A stretch of DNA of 64,000 nucleotides from Streptosporangiaceae bacterium (GTDB lineage Bacteria; Actinomycetota; Actinomycetes; Streptosporangiales; Streptosporangiaceae): NCBI GenBank assembly GCA_035532775.1, contig DATKQH010000376.1, positions 4,507 to 68,506 on the forward strand, in the 5' to 3' direction. The position numbers and the translations under genes were made by a program. The notes under the pieces were generated by a model. The model was given only the letters and a program-made list of their open reading frames with translations, did not search any database and was not told where the DNA came from. This document shows positions 61,910 through 64,000 of this stretch, one piece after another; position 1 is the stretch's first letter; the number at the start of each line of letters is the position of its first letter.

Positions 61910-62611
61910 TCAGCTGACGTCTGCGTCGAGCCGGGCGATCGCTGCGGCGAGCACGGCCTGGTTGCTCGTGACTACGGGCAGGCGCAGCCGCTTGGCGATG
62001 GCCGCCCGCGCGGCCATGGCACCGAAGTTGGTACATGACGCGAAGACCAGGTCGATTGATCCGTCGGCGGCCAGATCCCCGAGGGCGCGGACGGCGAAAT
62101 CCATGATGTCCTCGTGCGTGACCCGTGCGATCTCGAAGTTCTCCGTCATGCCGAGACCCGCGATCCGCACCACCTCCACCCCATCGGCCTCAATGCTCTC
62201 CTTGATCTTCTCGTTCAGCTCATCGACGTATGGCGTCATCACCCCAATGCGGCTGGCACCGGAAGCCTCGATGGCCTCCCGGACCGAGCGAATCGTCGAC
62301 ACCGTCGGCGCACCGGTCAGATCACTGATCCGCTGGCACAATCCGGTGTCGTAGTCATTACCCCGGAGGGCGCCGGCGCTGGTGCAACCGAAGACCACCA
62401 GGTCAGGGTGAGCTGTGCCGAGGTCACGGGCGGCGGGGAGCGCGAACTCGTCCAGCATCCGGATCTCGCCCTCCGGCGTGGTGTCCGCCATGAACATCCG
62501 GGCGGTATGTACCGAGTTGCCGGCCGGGACGTCCCGGACGAAGTCCACCTCCATCATGGTGTTGGACGAGGGGATCATCAGTCCGATACGGCGGGCGGCC
62601 TGGGTGCTCAT
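61910..62611 (-). CDS. Asp/Glu/hydantoin racemase-superfamily protein, maleate cis-trans isomerase / arylmalonate decarboxylase-like
   Basis: IGLMIPSSNTMME, FGCTSAG and FASCTNF (two catalytic Cys regions). Confidence 0.75.
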   Translation of the reverse strand: MSTQAARRIGLMIPSSNTMMEVDFVRDVPAGNSVHTARMFMADTTPEGEIRMLDEFALPAARDLGTAHPDLVVFGCTSAGALRGNDYDTGLCQRISDLTGAPTVSTIRSVREAIEASGASRIGVMTPYVDELNEKIKESIEADGVEVVRIAGLGMTENFEIARVTHEDIMDFAVRALGDLAADGSIDLVFASCTNFGAMAARAAIAKRLRLPVVTSNQAVLAAAIARLDADVS

Positions 62612-63417
62612 ACTGGCCTCACGGTGGCTGAACTGGTCAGGTCGGGGGTGGTGGGCTGGCTGACCGCGAGCCCGTCACGTAGCGTGCGGTAGATCTCAAG
62701 TTCGTCCGGCGACGGCGGTGCCAACTCCTCCAGGTCATCGGTCACCGGCAAGTCGAATCCCGTCTGGCGCTGCACGTGTTCGACGGTGACCCCCGCCTGC
62801 AGCCCGCGCAATCGCATGCGCCGACTGCTCGGTTCAAAGTCCATCAGCGCGAGGTCCGTCACGACCGCGCCGATCTTGCCGAACAGCAGGCCGGCCGTCT
62901 CGCGGCTGTCTCCGCCGGAGAGGTAACCGGGACTGGTGATGAAGTCGACCTGCTGGACGAAGCGCCTAGGCTCGTGCTGCGTGACGATGAAGATCTCGTT
63001 ACACAGCGAGATGATGTCGTTGGCCCCGCCACTGCCTGGAAGCCGGACTTTGGGGTGCTCGACGCTGCCTATCACGCTGGTGTTGATGTTCCCGTACTGG
63101 TCGACCTGGGCAGCGCCAAGGAAACCGTAATCGAAATAGCCCCGCTGGGCGAACAGGAAAATATCAGTGATGTCGGTCAGCATCTGGGCGCCGTAGGCAG
63201 CCCGCATCTCATTGGTCGAAATCGGTAGATGCCCTGGCAGCAGACGCGTCCCGATGATCCCGCCTTCGAGGACGATGGTGAGGTTAGGTGCCTGCCGGTG
63301 CCGCGCGACAGCCGAGGCGAGCAACGGCATTCCGACGCCAGCAAAAACCACCTTGTGGTCGGCGAGCAGTCGGCTGGCGGTGATCGCCATCAGTTCCTCA
63401 GCGGTGACGTCGTTCAT
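62608..63417 (-). CDS. CoA-transferase subunit B (glutaconate / 3-oxoacid CoA-transferase family)
   Basis: VVFAGVGMPLLAS...LEGGIIG...GGANDI blocks. Overlaps both neighbours by 4 nt. Confidence 0.85.
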   Translation of the reverse strand: MNDVTAEELMAITASRLLADHKVVFAGVGMPLLASAVARHRQAPNLTIVLEGGIIGTRLLPGHLPISTNEMRAAYGAQMLTDITDIFLFAQRGYFDYGFLGAAQVDQYGNINTSVIGSVEHPKVRLPGSGGANDIISLCNEIFIVTQHEPRRFVQQVDFITSPGYLSGGDSRETAGLLFGKIGAVVTDLALMDFEPSSRRMRLRGLQAGVTVEHVQRQTGFDLPVTDDLEELAPPSPDELEIYRTLRDGLAVSQPTTPDLTSSATVRPV

Positions 63418-64000
63418 CGCGGCATCAGCTCTTCCGCGCCCGCCGCCCGCGCCGTCAGCCGCTCCGGGCCGACCCGGTCCAGGAATGCGGCGAAATCAGG
63501 GTTGCCGTCGACATGCTCCTCGACATAACGTCGCCCGGCCTCTATGCCGTGCTCCCGGATAGACTTGACATAGGCGTCGAAGTGATCCACGTCGGCCTCG
63601 TATGCGCCATAGCACTCATGCGGGTAGGCACCGTGCGGCGCCTCGACCACCGCGTCGACGGCGAAGTGCGGCAGCATCGTCGCTGACGGCTGCGCACAGA
63701 TCTCCTCCTGACTCACGATGCGCTCCGCGCTGACGATGACCCTGCGCGCCGCACGTGCCATGTCAACGTCCATATGGCGGTATCCGTCGACCTGGACGTT
63801 GCCGAACATGTCGGCACGATGTACGTGGATGAGAGTCACATCGGGGTTGAGCGCTGGCAGCGCGGCTAGCCGCTCACCGGAGTAGGGACAAGTCACAGTC
63901 TGAAGGCCGACCGTCCGGGCGATATCCGAACCGAGCATGCTCAGCCCCGGCAGGAAAGGTACGCCCATCGCCCCAGCCTTGTAACGCAGTCCGATCGCGA
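63414..64000 (-). CDS. CoA-transferase subunit A (5' end outside the window)
   Basis: GVPFLPG...VTLIHVHRADMFGNVQVDG blocks. The frame is still open at the window edge. Confidence 0.8.
   Translation of the reverse strand, partial: AIGLRYKAGAMGVPFLPGLSMLGSDIARTVGLQTVTCPYSGERLAALPALNPDVTLIHVHRADMFGNVQVDGYRHMDVDMARAARRVIVSAERIVSQEEICAQPSATMLPHFAVDAVVEAPHGAYPHECYGAYEADVDHFDAYVKSIREHGIEAGRRYVEEHVDGNPDFAAFLDRVGPERLTARAAGAEELMPR

Overview
High-GC, densely coding chromosomal window with GC3-rich, actinobacterial-style codon usage. I support about 60 protein genes and found no rRNA, tRNA or CRISPR array. All functional calls come from reading motifs in the supplied translations, and no database search was run.

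The window falls into five blocks:

1. **1-3.6 kb.** The 3' end of a class-V PLP enzyme, a PIG-L/LmbE deacetylase, divergent LysR and ArsR regulators, and a small Cys-rich ORF.
2. **3.7-20.4 kb (the most striking feature).** A 20-gene, co-directional and largely translationally coupled sulfur-oxidising heterodisulfide-reductase-like (sHdr) cluster of the type II kind. Gene order is tusA, dsrE3-like, shdrC1, shdrB1, shdrA, shdrH, fused C2-B2 subunit, etfBA, and a membrane FeS/CCG oxidoreductase (EMO/EtfD-like).
   - Interleaved with these is a lipoate-assembly module: two LplA-like ligases and two radical-SAM LipS-type enzymes.
   - The cluster also carries three GcvH-like lipoate-binding protein (LbpA) paralogs.
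   - It ends with a small zinc-finger ORF, a DsrE-like protein and a Rieske-domain protein.
3. **20.5-29.3 kb.** A CDF transporter, citrate synthase, DUF899, a kinase/class-III aminotransferase fusion and an SDR. These are interspersed with clear gene decay: IS66-like and ISAs1-like transposase remnants, and frameshifted DUF899, truncated DUF2182 and MFS pseudogenes.
4. **29.4-42.7 kb.** An isochorismatase-family hydrolase and a GntR regulator. These precede a tightly coupled operon that joins a urocanase-family gene to an acetone/acetophenone-carboxylase-like ATP-dependent module (HyuA, gamma, HyuA', HyuB), an orphan ORF and a 3-hydroxyacyl-CoA dehydrogenase, followed by an NCS1 permease.
5. 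**42.8-64 kb.** Catabolic genes:
   - a benzoylformate-decarboxylase-like ThDP enzyme, an esterase, a formamidase and a D-2-hydroxyacid dehydrogenase;
   - LutA plus a LutB-LutC fusion, a second NCS1 permease and a PucR regulator;
   - a DUF6282-like hydrolase, a Zn-ADH and diaminopropionate ammonia-lyase;
   - a three-subunit molybdenum hydroxylase, a maleate-isomerase-family protein and a CoA-transferase.

Non-coding observations:
- a 25-bp perfect inverted repeat (about 80-nt hairpin) at the ligase/radical-SAM junction;
- a TTGGCAA-N3-TTGCCAA-type motif shared upstream of both NCS1 permeases;
- a CsoR/CstR-operator-like palindrome;
- several smaller palindromes and tandem repeats.
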